Assembly: GCA_014894455.1 (NCBI GenBank)
Contig: JADBLN010000094.1
Span: 38 to 64,037 of the forward strand
Direction of reading: 5' to 3'
Length of the DNA stretch: 64,000 nucleotides
Origin: Acidobacteriota bacterium
Lineage (GTDB): Bacteria > Acidobacteriota > Aminicenantia > Aminicenantales > Saccharicenantaceae
Part shown: piece by piece, positions 1 to 8,457 of the stretch
How the letters are laid out: each line of letters opens with the position of its first letter
How positions within the stretch are numbered: position 1 is the first letter of the stretch
Program-made: the position numbers and the translations under genes
Notes under the pieces: model-generated
The model's database searches: none
What the model saw: only the letters and a program-made list of their open reading frames with translations
Told to the model about the DNA's origin: nothing

Positions 1-217
1 TGCATAATTCAGGCTAGGTGGTTTTCTGATTCTCGTTCTGGCCGCCGCCGGCGTATATTTTCTCGTCCTCAACAAGGCCCCCGCCAAACCTGAAAATCAG
101 GCGAAAAACGCCGCCACGGAGTCCCCCGGAGGGAGCACCGCCACCGCCCCCGACCAGAAGGTCGAAGCCGCCCCGCTTCCCGTCAAGGTCGCCAAAGCGA
201 TCAGGGGCGACCTGGTC

Positions 218-1273
218 ATGACCCTCAAGTCTCCGGGAGAAGCCTACACCGAGAGGCGGATCGCCATGAAGGCTGAGGTCGGCGGCGTCGTCAAGAACCT
301 TTACGCCGCCGAGGGCCGTCACGTCAAGGAGGGCGACCTCCTCGTCGAGCTCGACGACCGCGAATACCGCCTTCGTCTTGAAAAGCTCGAGGCCGAGCGG
401 CTTCGTTACCTGTCGGAGCTTTTTCTCGAGAAACAGTTTTCCGCGTCGAACCAAGAAGCCTCCCCGGGCACCCTCGACAAGCTCAATAAGGCCCAGACCG
501 ACTACGAGCGCATCTCCGAAGCCTTCAAGAAGGGCCTCGTCTCCCAGGCCGACCTGGAGAAGGCCCAGAGCGACTACGAGCTGGCCCTGATCGAAGCCGG
601 CCGTAAAAAGGACGAGATCATGGCCTCGTCCAAGGGCCTGACCCAGGCCGAGGTCGACGTCAAGATCGCCCGCATGGACCTCGAGAAAACGCGTGTCCGC
701 GCCCCCTTCGCCGGGATCGTCACCGACATCAAGCTGTCACCCAAAGAGCGGCTCGACGCCGGACGCGAGCTCTTCACCCTGGTCGACATCAGCCGCATCA
801 AGGTCAAGGCCAAGGTCCTCGAGAGCGAGGTCGGCAAGGTCGTCGCCGGCCGCGAGGTCGAGCTCCGCTTCAGCGCCTTTCCCGGCCGGGCCTTCAAGGG
901 CCGCATCGAAGCCGTGAGCCCCGTCATCAACGCCGAGGACAAGACCTGCGCCGTCCACGTAACCATGGACAACCCGTCCGAAGAGGTCAAGCCCGGCATG
1001 CACGCCGAGGTCGAGTTCCCGACCGAGATCTTCAAGGACCGGTTGCTCGTGCCGCAGCAGGCCATCCTCGTCCGCGGCGGCCGCAGGCTCGTCTTCGCCG
1101 TCGAGGGGGACATCGCGAAATGGCGCTACATCGAGGTCGGCCTCGAGAACGAGCGCTTCGCCGAGGTCCTGCCCGGCAAGGAACCGGGCTGGGGCGTCGC
1201 CGCGGGCGACACCATCATTATCGAGGGCCACATCACCCTGGCCCACGACACCAAGGTCAGCATCGTCGAATAG
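218..1273 (+). CDS. RND efflux periplasmic adaptor (membrane-fusion protein, HlyD family)
   Basis: 351-aa ORF with MFP hallmarks: lipoyl-like hairpin halves (GGVVKNLYAAEGRHVKEGDLLVELDD ... VRAPFAGIVTDI), a coiled-coil between them, and a beta-barrel C-terminus. It heads an MFP-OMP-RND cluster. In-frame codons 8-217 encode the TM anchor but contain no ATG/GTG/TTG. Confidence 0.85.
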   Translation: MTLKSPGEAYTERRIAMKAEVGGVVKNLYAAEGRHVKEGDLLVELDDREYRLRLEKLEAERLRYLSELFLEKQFSASNQEASPGTLDKLNKAQTDYERISEAFKKGLVSQADLEKAQSDYELALIEAGRKKDEIMASSKGLTQAEVDVKIARMDLEKTRVRAPFAGIVTDIKLSPKERLDAGRELFTLVDISRIKVKAKVLESEVGKVVAGREVELRFSAFPGRAFKGRIEAVSPVINAEDKTCAVHVTMDNPSEEVKPGMHAEVEFPTEIFKDRLLVPQQAILVRGGRRLVFAVEGDIAKWRYIEVGLENERFAEVLPGKEPGWGVAAGDTIIIEGHITLAHDTKVSIVE

Positions 1274-1297
1274 CCCTTGGATCCGAGGAGGGGGACC

Positions 1298-2905
1298 ATG
1301 CGTCACAAAACCGTCCTCGCGGCCCTGGCCGCGCTCATCATCGCGCCGCTCGTCTGGAGTGGCACACCCCAGACTCCAAAGCCCGAGACCCGCACGCTCT
1401 CTCTGGCGGATTGTATCCGCAAAGCCCTCGAAGGGAACCTCGACCTGGCCATCGAAGCGCTGAATCCCGAGATGGACTCGGCCTCCATCGCAGTGGCCCG
1501 GGAGAAGTTCCTGCCGGAATTCGGCCTGAGCTCGAACTACCTCGACCAGGACATCCCCAGCTCCTGGGGCGTCGAGGGGCCGACCATCAAGACCAAGATG
1601 GATTACTACCAGCTCGGCGTTTCTCAGCGCACCCCGCTCGGCACCGAGCTCGACCTGAGCCTGTCGACGCGCAAGACCGACACGTCGCGGGCCTACACGA
1701 CCGTCAACCCGGCCTACTTCAGCGAGTTCCGGCTGAACCTGCGCCAGCCTCTCCTCAGGGACTTCGGCTTCAGGGCCAACCATTACGAGTCGATCAAGGC
1801 CCGGCGCCAGCTCGACATGTCCGAAGCGGCCCTCAAGTCGACCCTCCTCCAGACGGTCTACGGCGTCGAGGAGGCCTACTGGAACCTCTATTACGCCCGG
1901 GAGAGCCTGCGGGTCCTGGAGATGTCGCTCGCCCAGAGCCGGGAGACGCTCAAGCGGAACGAAGAGGCGGCCCGGATCGGGACGAAGTCGGCCGTCGAAG
2001 TGCTGAGCGCGGAGACGGAGGTGGCCGGCTACGAGGACCGCGTCCTTTCGGCCCGGCTCCAGGTCGAGAAGGCTGATAACCGCCTCAAGCCCTTGCTCAA
2101 CATGCCGGTCGCGGGCGCTGCGGCCGGCGCGGCGGCCGGCGTCGCGGCCGTCTCCGGCGAGGACCTCGCCTCGATCATCCCCGCCGACGAGCCCCAGGCC
2201 GAGAAGCGCACGGTCACTTACGAAGAGGCCTTGGCCACGGCGCTCGCCGAGCGTCCCGAGCTCGCCCGGACGGATGCGATGATGGCCAACGCGGCCACGG
2301 ACATCGGCTATTTCCGGAACCAACTCCTCCCCCGCCTCGACCTCAATTTCTCCCTGTGGTCTCCCGGCCAATCGGGCATCAAGTACATCTTCCAGGATAA
2401 CAACCCGCTGACGGGAATCATCATCGACACGATCTACGGCAGCCGCGGCCAATCTTTCAAAGACGTCTGGAAGATGGCTTACAACAACCTGTCGCTCAAC
2501 TTCACCCTCACCCTGCCGCTCTCGAACTTCGTCTCCCGGGCCGGGCTGGCCCGGGCGCGCCTGGCCCAAGACCAGGCCCGGCTGCAGCTGGAAAAGGAGC
2601 GGCAGACGATCGAAGTCGAGGTCATGGAGGCCGTCAAGGACCTCGAGGCGAGCGCCAAGAAGATCGAGACCTCGGCCCGCTACCGCGGGCTCATGGAGAA
2701 GCGCGTCCAGGCCGAGACCCAGCGCTACGACCTCGGCCTCGTCGGCAGCGAGTGGCTCTTCACCTACCAGAGGAACCTGGCCCAGGCCAAGGCCGACGAG
2801 ATCCGGGCCGTCATCGACTATCGCATCGCCCTGGCCGCGCTGGACAAGGCCATGGGGACGACCATCCGGGCCAAGGGCCTGAAATTCAAAGGTTACGAGT
2901 TCTGA
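1298..2905 (+). CDS. TolC-family outer membrane efflux protein
   Basis: ORF 1277-2905. The ATG at 1298 is preceded by GAGGAGGGGG and gives the signal peptide MRHKTVLAALAALIIAPLVWSG. It has two TolC-type repeat halves (LSLADCIRKALEGNLDL; TYEEALATALAERPEL). 535 aa. Confidence 0.85.
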   Translation: MRHKTVLAALAALIIAPLVWSGTPQTPKPETRTLSLADCIRKALEGNLDLAIEALNPEMDSASIAVAREKFLPEFGLSSNYLDQDIPSSWGVEGPTIKTKMDYYQLGVSQRTPLGTELDLSLSTRKTDTSRAYTTVNPAYFSEFRLNLRQPLLRDFGFRANHYESIKARRQLDMSEAALKSTLLQTVYGVEEAYWNLYYARESLRVLEMSLAQSRETLKRNEEAARIGTKSAVEVLSAETEVAGYEDRVLSARLQVEKADNRLKPLLNMPVAGAAAGAAAGVAAVSGEDLASIIPADEPQAEKRTVTYEEALATALAERPELARTDAMMANAATDIGYFRNQLLPRLDLNFSLWSPGQSGIKYIFQDNNPLTGIIIDTIYGSRGQSFKDVWKMAYNNLSLNFTLTLPLSNFVSRAGLARARLAQDQARLQLEKERQTIEVEVMEAVKDLEASAKKIETSARYRGLMEKRVQAETQRYDLGLVGSEWLFTYQRNLAQAKADEIRAVIDYRIALAALDKAMGTTIRAKGLKFKGYEF

Positions 2906-2913
2906 GGACGACG

Positions 2914-4062
2914 ATGAGAACGCACGCCGAAAGATTTCTGGCTCGGGCCATCCTGATGATGGCCCTATCCGTCACGGCCATCGCTTTCGGGCAGGTCATC
3001 GAGAACCCGGCCAAGCCGAAGGCGGCCAATGCCGGGCGGGTCATCGTGCCCGAAGAGGTCCTGGCCATCTCCGACGAGGGGACACGAGATTACTACTTCA
3101 AGGCGCCACACGATCTCATGATCGCGCCCGACGGTTCGCTCTTTCTTCTTGACGAATATCAGGTCCTCCAATTCGACAAATCCGGCAAGTTCGTGCGCGA
3201 CCTCTATAAGAAGGGCCAGGGGCCCGGCGAAATGTCCTATGTCAGGGCCTGCCTGACAACGGACAAGAACGTCATTGTGCATACGGACTCTCCCAACAGG
3301 CTCATTTTTTTCGATTATGCCGGGAAGTACGAAAAGGAAATCCCGATGCGCGCCCTAACGGGCAACACGTACCGGCCAAAGACCTTGTTGGCTGACGGCG
3401 GGAAGTTCTATATCCAGTCCGCCGACCTGCCAAGGGTTAAGGGCGACCCGGACTACGTCGACGTCCCGCATACCATCCTTGCCTTGAATGCAGTCACGGC
3501 AGAGAGCCGGGAGCTTTCCTCGTTCTCAACCAGATCGTATGTCATCACCGCGGCCGGTGGCCGTTCAACGGGTCTTTACGAAATCAGCTCGTTCTTCGTC
3601 GCCCCGTTCAAAGGGAAATACCTCGCTCTCAGCCACACAAGCGAATACTTAATCAAGATCTATGACCCGGCGGCGGACAAAGTCATCCGGGAATTCCATC
3701 GGGTCTACGAAAGGGTCAAGCCCGAACCTCCGACCGAGATAGACAAGAAGGGTCAGCTGATTGGGGGAAAGCGTTACCCCCGTCCTGAGCAAGACTTCCA
3801 ATCCGATGTTAAGGTCATCCTGACCCGCGGCGACGAGATCTGGGTCGTGACCTCGACGAAGGACAAGTCCAAAGGTGTGCTCATCGACGTTTTCGATGGC
3901 GAAGGAGTTTACAGGGATTGCTTTTACCTTATATTGCCCGTAGCGGCCCTGGACGAGCTTCGTTGGCCCGGATACTGCACTCTCGATGGCGAGTTTCTCT
4001 GGATCGTCGAGCGGGCCGAGGACGAGACGGCTACCATAAAGAAATACCGTGTCGTGATCTAA
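2914..4062 (+). CDS. secreted six-bladed beta-propeller protein (NHL-like / DUF5128-type), paralog 1
   Basis: The ORF track starts at 2752 inside the upstream gene. The ATG at 2914 gives an N-terminal signal/TM segment (AILMMALSVTAIAFGQ). It shows repeated blade-like patterns and a KKGQGPGEM motif. Family assignment is by motif only. Confidence 0.7.
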   Translation: MRTHAERFLARAILMMALSVTAIAFGQVIENPAKPKAANAGRVIVPEEVLAISDEGTRDYYFKAPHDLMIAPDGSLFLLDEYQVLQFDKSGKFVRDLYKKGQGPGEMSYVRACLTTDKNVIVHTDSPNRLIFFDYAGKYEKEIPMRALTGNTYRPKTLLADGGKFYIQSADLPRVKGDPDYVDVPHTILALNAVTAESRELSSFSTRSYVITAAGGRSTGLYEISSFFVAPFKGKYLALSHTSEYLIKIYDPAADKVIREFHRVYERVKPEPPTEIDKKGQLIGGKRYPRPEQDFQSDVKVILTRGDEIWVVTSTKDKSKGVLIDVFDGEGVYRDCFYLILPVAALDELRWPGYCTLDGEFLWIVERAEDETATIKKYRVVI

Positions 4063-4097
4063 GGCAGGGATACGCTTCAGGCAAAAGGAGGCCGCGC

Positions 4098-5222
4098 ATG
4101 AAAATCAACCGGGGATCCGTCCTAGTTATCGGCCTGGCACTCTTGGCGTTCATGGCGGCCGCCGTGGTTCTCTCCGCCCAGGTCAAGTGGAATGGGACAG
4201 TCGTCAAGGAGGGTGGCGTGACCGTCGTCCGGAACCCCAAGGAGCCACTCTACAAAACGCCCGTTCTCGAGCTCAAAGAGGACCTTTCGCTTGGCGGCCC
4301 GGAGGCCCAGGGCGACTACGCCTTCGGCCAGATCCGGACCTTTATCGTCGACGACGCCGGCTCGATCTACGTCCTGGACCAGCAAAGCTCCCACGTCAAG
4401 GTCTTCGACGCCTCCGGCAAATACGTCCGGACGATCGGCCGGCAGGGCCAGGGGCCGGGCGAGCTCGAGAATCCCATGACGCTGTCCTTCAACCGGACGT
4501 CGGGTGAGCTCGCCGTCCACCAGGCGAGCCGGCGGATGTCCTACTTCAAGACCGACGGCACGTTCCTCCGCCACTTGTCCCTCAAGGAGATGTGGGCTCT
4601 CCGCGGCCGGGTCGATTCCAAGGGCAACATCTACATCACAGAGGGTTTCGTCGACCCCAAGGACCCGCGCTATGAAACGAAGAAGCTGGCTCCCGATGCT
4701 TCCGTCATCGCCGTGTTGGCCAAGTCGCCCGCCCCCAACGCGTCCGTGAAGTACGATCCTTTCATGGCCATTAGCTACTTCCAGCTCGACCGGGACGACC
4801 GCCTCGTCTATGGGTATCCGTTAACTTACGAGATCCAATTTTTCGGCCCCGCCGACCAAAAGGTCATCAAGAAAATCACGCGGGAGTACGATCCCGTGGT
4901 CGTCACGGCAGAGGAGAGGGAGAAGCAGGAAAAGGATATCCCGCCGGGGATGACCATAAACTTCGATTTCTCGAAATACCACTCGGCCTACTACAGGTTT
5001 TTCCTGAGCGACCTGGGGCACGTTTTCGTCCAGACCTGGGAAAAAACGAAGGACGGGAAGAGCATCCACGACATCTTCGACGCCGAAGGGCGGTTCATCG
5101 GCCGTATTCCGCTCAAGCCCTCGGGCATCGAGATCCTCAAGGGGAAGTACTACGCCCTCGAGGAGGACGAGGACGGCTACCAGACCGTCAAGCGCTGCGC
5201 CGTGACCTGGACCGTCAAGTAG
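4098..5222 (+). CDS. secreted six-bladed beta-propeller protein, paralog 2
   Basis: The ATG at 4098 follows AAAAGGAGG and gives the signal/TM segment MKINRGSVLVIGLALLAFMAAAVVLSAQ. It carries an RQGQGPGELENP motif and blade repeats (GSIYVLDQQSSHVKVFDASGKYV) paralogous to 2914-4062. Confidence 0.7.
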   Translation: MKINRGSVLVIGLALLAFMAAAVVLSAQVKWNGTVVKEGGVTVVRNPKEPLYKTPVLELKEDLSLGGPEAQGDYAFGQIRTFIVDDAGSIYVLDQQSSHVKVFDASGKYVRTIGRQGQGPGELENPMTLSFNRTSGELAVHQASRRMSYFKTDGTFLRHLSLKEMWALRGRVDSKGNIYITEGFVDPKDPRYETKKLAPDASVIAVLAKSPAPNASVKYDPFMAISYFQLDRDDRLVYGYPLTYEIQFFGPADQKVIKKITREYDPVVVTAEEREKQEKDIPPGMTINFDFSKYHSAYYRFFLSDLGHVFVQTWEKTKDGKSIHDIFDAEGRFIGRIPLKPSGIEILKGKYYALEEDEDGYQTVKRCAVTWTVK

Positions 5223-5238
5223 GGGAAAGCGAGGAATC

Positions 5239-8200
5239 ATGAAGCTCGCCCGCATGGCCGTCGACCGGCCGGTGACGATGTACATGTTCTACATCGCCGT
5301 CATCCTCCTCGGCGCCGTCTCCCTCCGGGAGCTCTCCGTCGACCTCCTGCCCGATATCAGCTACCCGCGCCTGTCGGTCATCACCAACTACCCCGGCGTC
5401 GCCCCCGAGGAGGTCGAGACCCTGATCACCGCCCCGCTCGAGTCGGCGGTCAGCCGCATCCCGGGCCTCCGCCGCGTCGAATCGGTGTCGAAGGAAGGCG
5501 TCTCGCTCCTGACCCTCGAGTTCGACTGGGGCACGAACATGGATTTCACCATGCTCCACACCCGGGAACAGCTCGACAACGCCAAGGACCGCTTCCCGGA
5601 AGACGCCGAAAGCCCGACGATCGTCCCCCTCGACCCGCAGAGCCGGCCGATCATGACCCTGGCCCTCACGGGCGACCGGAGCCTCCTCGAGCTCAAGGAG
5701 TTCGCCGAGGAGCTGGTCAAACCGCGCCTCGAGCAGATCGAGGGCATCGGCTCAGCCGAGACGACCGGCGGCGTCGAGCGCGAGATCCAGGTCGATGCCG
5801 ACCCGCGCAAGCTCGCCCTCTACGGGCTCAAGGTCGAGGACGTCGCCCGCCGCGTCGATGCCTTCAACCGCAACCTCCAGGGCGGGACGATCCGCAAGGG
5901 GACGTTCAAGTACGCCCTCCGCGTCGTCGGGGAGTTCGAGTCGCTCGACGAGATCGGCGAGATCAGCCTCATGGTCACGAAGGAAGGCGGCGTCGTCCGT
6001 CTCCGCGACGTGGCCACGGTCCGCGACGGGATCAAGGAGCGGCAGGGCATGACCCGCCTCGACGGGGCCGAGAGCATCGGCCTCCTCGTCCGCAAGGAAT
6101 CCGGGGCCAATACGGTCAAGGTCACGAAGCTCGCCCGCGAGGTCATCGACCAGATCCGCAAGGAGAACCCGGGCGTCACGCTGAGCATCGTCAACGAGCA
6201 ATCCAAGACGATCGAGGACGCCATCGGCGCGGTCAAGGACGAGCTCATCCAGGGCGCCATCCTGGCCTTCCTGACCCTGCTCATCTTCCTCCAGGAGTGG
6301 AAAACCCCGCTCATCATCGGCACGGTCATCCCCATCTCGGTCATCGGCACTTTCAGCCTGCTCTTCTTCAGCGACATCTCCCTCAACATCATGTCGCTCG
6401 GCGGCCTGGCCTTGGGGGTGGGCATGCTCGACGACTGCGCCGTCGTCGTCTCGGAGAATATCTTCCGCCACCGCGGCCTGGGCAAGAGCCTGAAGGAGGC
6501 GGCCTATATCGGGACGAAGGAGGTCGGGCCGGCCGTCATCTCCACGGCCCTGACGACGATCGTCGTCTTCTTGCCGGTCATCTACGTCCGCGGCGTCGCC
6601 GGCCAGCTGTTCAAGGATACGGCCCTGACGGTCACCTTCGCCCTCCTCGCTTCGCTCCTCGTTTCGCTGACCCTCATCGGCACGCTCCAGTCGAGGACCT
6701 TCGACTTCGGGGCAGGATCCGAAGGCCGTTGGAAATGGACCTGGGGGCTCAAGAAATTCCCGGTCGCGGAGCGGCCTCTCTATGCCGTGTTCAAGGGCAT
6801 CGGTTTCGTCCTGAACTTCCTCGTCAGTTTCCTCGTCCAGCTCTTCGCTTTCATCTTCCATTATCTCGGATTGCCATTCCGGCCGGTCCTCAAGGCGGTC
6901 TTCTCGGCCTTCAACGCTGTCTACGGCCGGTTCATCGTCTGGTATCAGCGGTTCCTCAGGTGGAGCCTCGACCATAAGGGCCGGGTCATGGCCTGGACGC
7001 TCGTCTTCTTCGCCGTCACGTTCGCCCTGGGCGGCCTCATCCGCCGGGAGCTCATGCCGCGCATGGAAACGAACACCTTCGAGCTCGACCTCAAGATGCC
7101 CGTCGACTTTTCCTTCGAGCAGACGACCGAGATGGCCGTCATGCTCGAAGGCCGGCTCCGCGGCCTCGCGCCCGTCCGGACCGTCCTCGCCCAGGTCGGG
7201 ATCGTCAGCGGCATGGAGAGCGCCGATCCCAACATCTCCGTCAACTCGGCCCGCGTTTTCGTCGAAGTCGAAAAACCGAAACAGCTCGAGGGAGTTCTCG
7301 ACGTCATGCGCGCCCGTCTGGCCCAGTTCCCCGACATCGCTTATACGATCGTCCGCGAGCAGTCGACCATCAGTCAGTTCCTGTCCCTGTCCGCGGCCGA
7401 AGTGGGGCTCAAGGTCAAGGGCAAGGACCTCGACCGCCTCAAGGAGATCGCCGAGGACCTCGTGGCCAGGCTTTCGACCATCCCGGGCATCGCCGACCTG
7501 GCCACCAATATCGGCCAGGGCAAGCCGGAGTTCCTGGTCACCGTCAACAAGGACGCCATTAAGAGATACCCGGGTCTGACGCCCTCGATGATCGGCGATT
7601 TCCTGGTCAGCGCCGTTCGCGGCCGGGTGGCCACCCAGTTCCGGGAGATGGAGAAGAAGTACGACATCCTGGTCCGCCTCGAGGACGCCTCGCGGCGGAA
7701 TATCGAGGCTCTTCTCGGCGAGACCCTGCCCTTCGAGGGCCAAGTCGTCCCGCTCCGGGACCTCGTCTCCTACGAGGTCGTCCGCGGCCCGCGCGAGATC
7801 CGCCGCGAGAACCAGCAGAGGGAGGTCCTGGTGACGGCGAACCTCAAGGGGCGAAAGATCAGCCAGGTCACGCCGGCCGTCGACAAGGTCATCGCCACTC
7901 TTCGCCTGCCGACCGACTACCGCGTCGTCTGGAGCGGCGAACGCGAGGAGATGAGCCAATCGTTCCGGAGCCTCGTCCTGGCCCTCCTCCTGGCCACCCT
8001 GCTCACCTACATGATCATGGCCGCCCAGTTCGAGTCTCTCGTTCACCCGTTCATCGTCATGTTCACCCTCCCCATGGGCGCGGCCGGCGCCATCTTGGCT
8101 CTTCTTCTCACCGGCCAGACGCTCAACGTCATCTCGATCATCGGCATGGTCGTCCTCATCGGCATCGTCGTCGATAACGCCACGGTCAAGATCGACTACA

Positions 8201-8457
8201 CGAACCAGCTCCGGCGGGGCGGCATGGCCCTCCGGGAGGCCGTCGAGGAGGGCAGCCACGTCCGGTTGAGGCCCATCCTGATGTCGACAGGAAGCACGCT
8301 CGTCGGCCTCATCCCCATGGCCCTGGCCCTCGAGAGGGGCGCCGAGCTCATGCAGCCCCTGGCCATCGTCGTCATCGGCGGGTTGACCTTCTCGACCTTT
8401 CTGACCCTCATCCTCATCCCGGTCATCTACGAGTGGGCGGAGCAGAGAAAGCGATGA
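5239..8457 (+). CDS. RND efflux permease (AcrB/CzcA superfamily), pump 1
   Basis: 1072 aa with GAGGAA before the ATG. Conserved TM4 region GGLALGVGMLDDCAVVVSENI and the equivalent second-half region MVVLIGIVVDNATV. Twelve-TM, two-large-loop architecture. Confidence 0.93.
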   Translation: MKLARMAVDRPVTMYMFYIAVILLGAVSLRELSVDLLPDISYPRLSVITNYPGVAPEEVETLITAPLESAVSRIPGLRRVESVSKEGVSLLTLEFDWGTNMDFTMLHTREQLDNAKDRFPEDAESPTIVPLDPQSRPIMTLALTGDRSLLELKEFAEELVKPRLEQIEGIGSAETTGGVEREIQVDADPRKLALYGLKVEDVARRVDAFNRNLQGGTIRKGTFKYALRVVGEFESLDEIGEISLMVTKEGGVVRLRDVATVRDGIKERQGMTRLDGAESIGLLVRKESGANTVKVTKLAREVIDQIRKENPGVTLSIVNEQSKTIEDAIGAVKDELIQGAILAFLTLLIFLQEWKTPLIIGTVIPISVIGTFSLLFFSDISLNIMSLGGLALGVGMLDDCAVVVSENIFRHRGLGKSLKEAAYIGTKEVGPAVISTALTTIVVFLPVIYVRGVAGQLFKDTALTVTFALLASLLVSLTLIGTLQSRTFDFGAGSEGRWKWTWGLKKFPVAERPLYAVFKGIGFVLNFLVSFLVQLFAFIFHYLGLPFRPVLKAVFSAFNAVYGRFIVWYQRFLRWSLDHKGRVMAWTLVFFAVTFALGGLIRRELMPRMETNTFELDLKMPVDFSFEQTTEMAVMLEGRLRGLAPVRTVLAQVGIVSGMESADPNISVNSARVFVEVEKPKQLEGVLDVMRARLAQFPDIAYTIVREQSTISQFLSLSAAEVGLKVKGKDLDRLKEIAEDLVARLSTIPGIADLATNIGQGKPEFLVTVNKDAIKRYPGLTPSMIGDFLVSAVRGRVATQFREMEKKYDILVRLEDASRRNIEALLGETLPFEGQVVPLRDLVSYEVVRGPREIRRENQQREVLVTANLKGRKISQVTPAVDKVIATLRLPTDYRVVWSGEREEMSQSFRSLVLALLLATLLTYMIMAAQFESLVHPFIVMFTLPMGAAGAILALLLTGQTLNVISIIGMVVLIGIVVDNATVKIDYTNQLRRGGMALREAVEEGSHVRLRPILMSTGSTLVGLIPMALALERGAELMQPLAIVVIGGLTFSTFLTLILIPVIYEWAEQRKR

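Noticed and set aside
2095-2165. Ala/Gly-rich stretch (PVAGAAAGAAAGVAAVSG) inside the first TolC-like gene.
   Set aside because: It is a low-complexity loop insertion in frame with an otherwise normal TolC repeat protein, and it is compositionally expected in high-GC DNA. It is not an independent element.
737-2569. 610-aa antisense ORF. The same applies to other very long antisense or overlapping ORFs: 5752-8259, 8961-9992, 15904-17580, 18763-21369, 23179-24513, 27059-29413, 43195-44514, 47163-49028, 53015-54085, 58414-60153.
   Set aside because: These are shadow ORFs typical of high-GC DNA. Their translations are Arg/Gly/Pro/Asp-rich and low in complexity with no recognisable domains. Each lies opposite a gene with strong family signatures.
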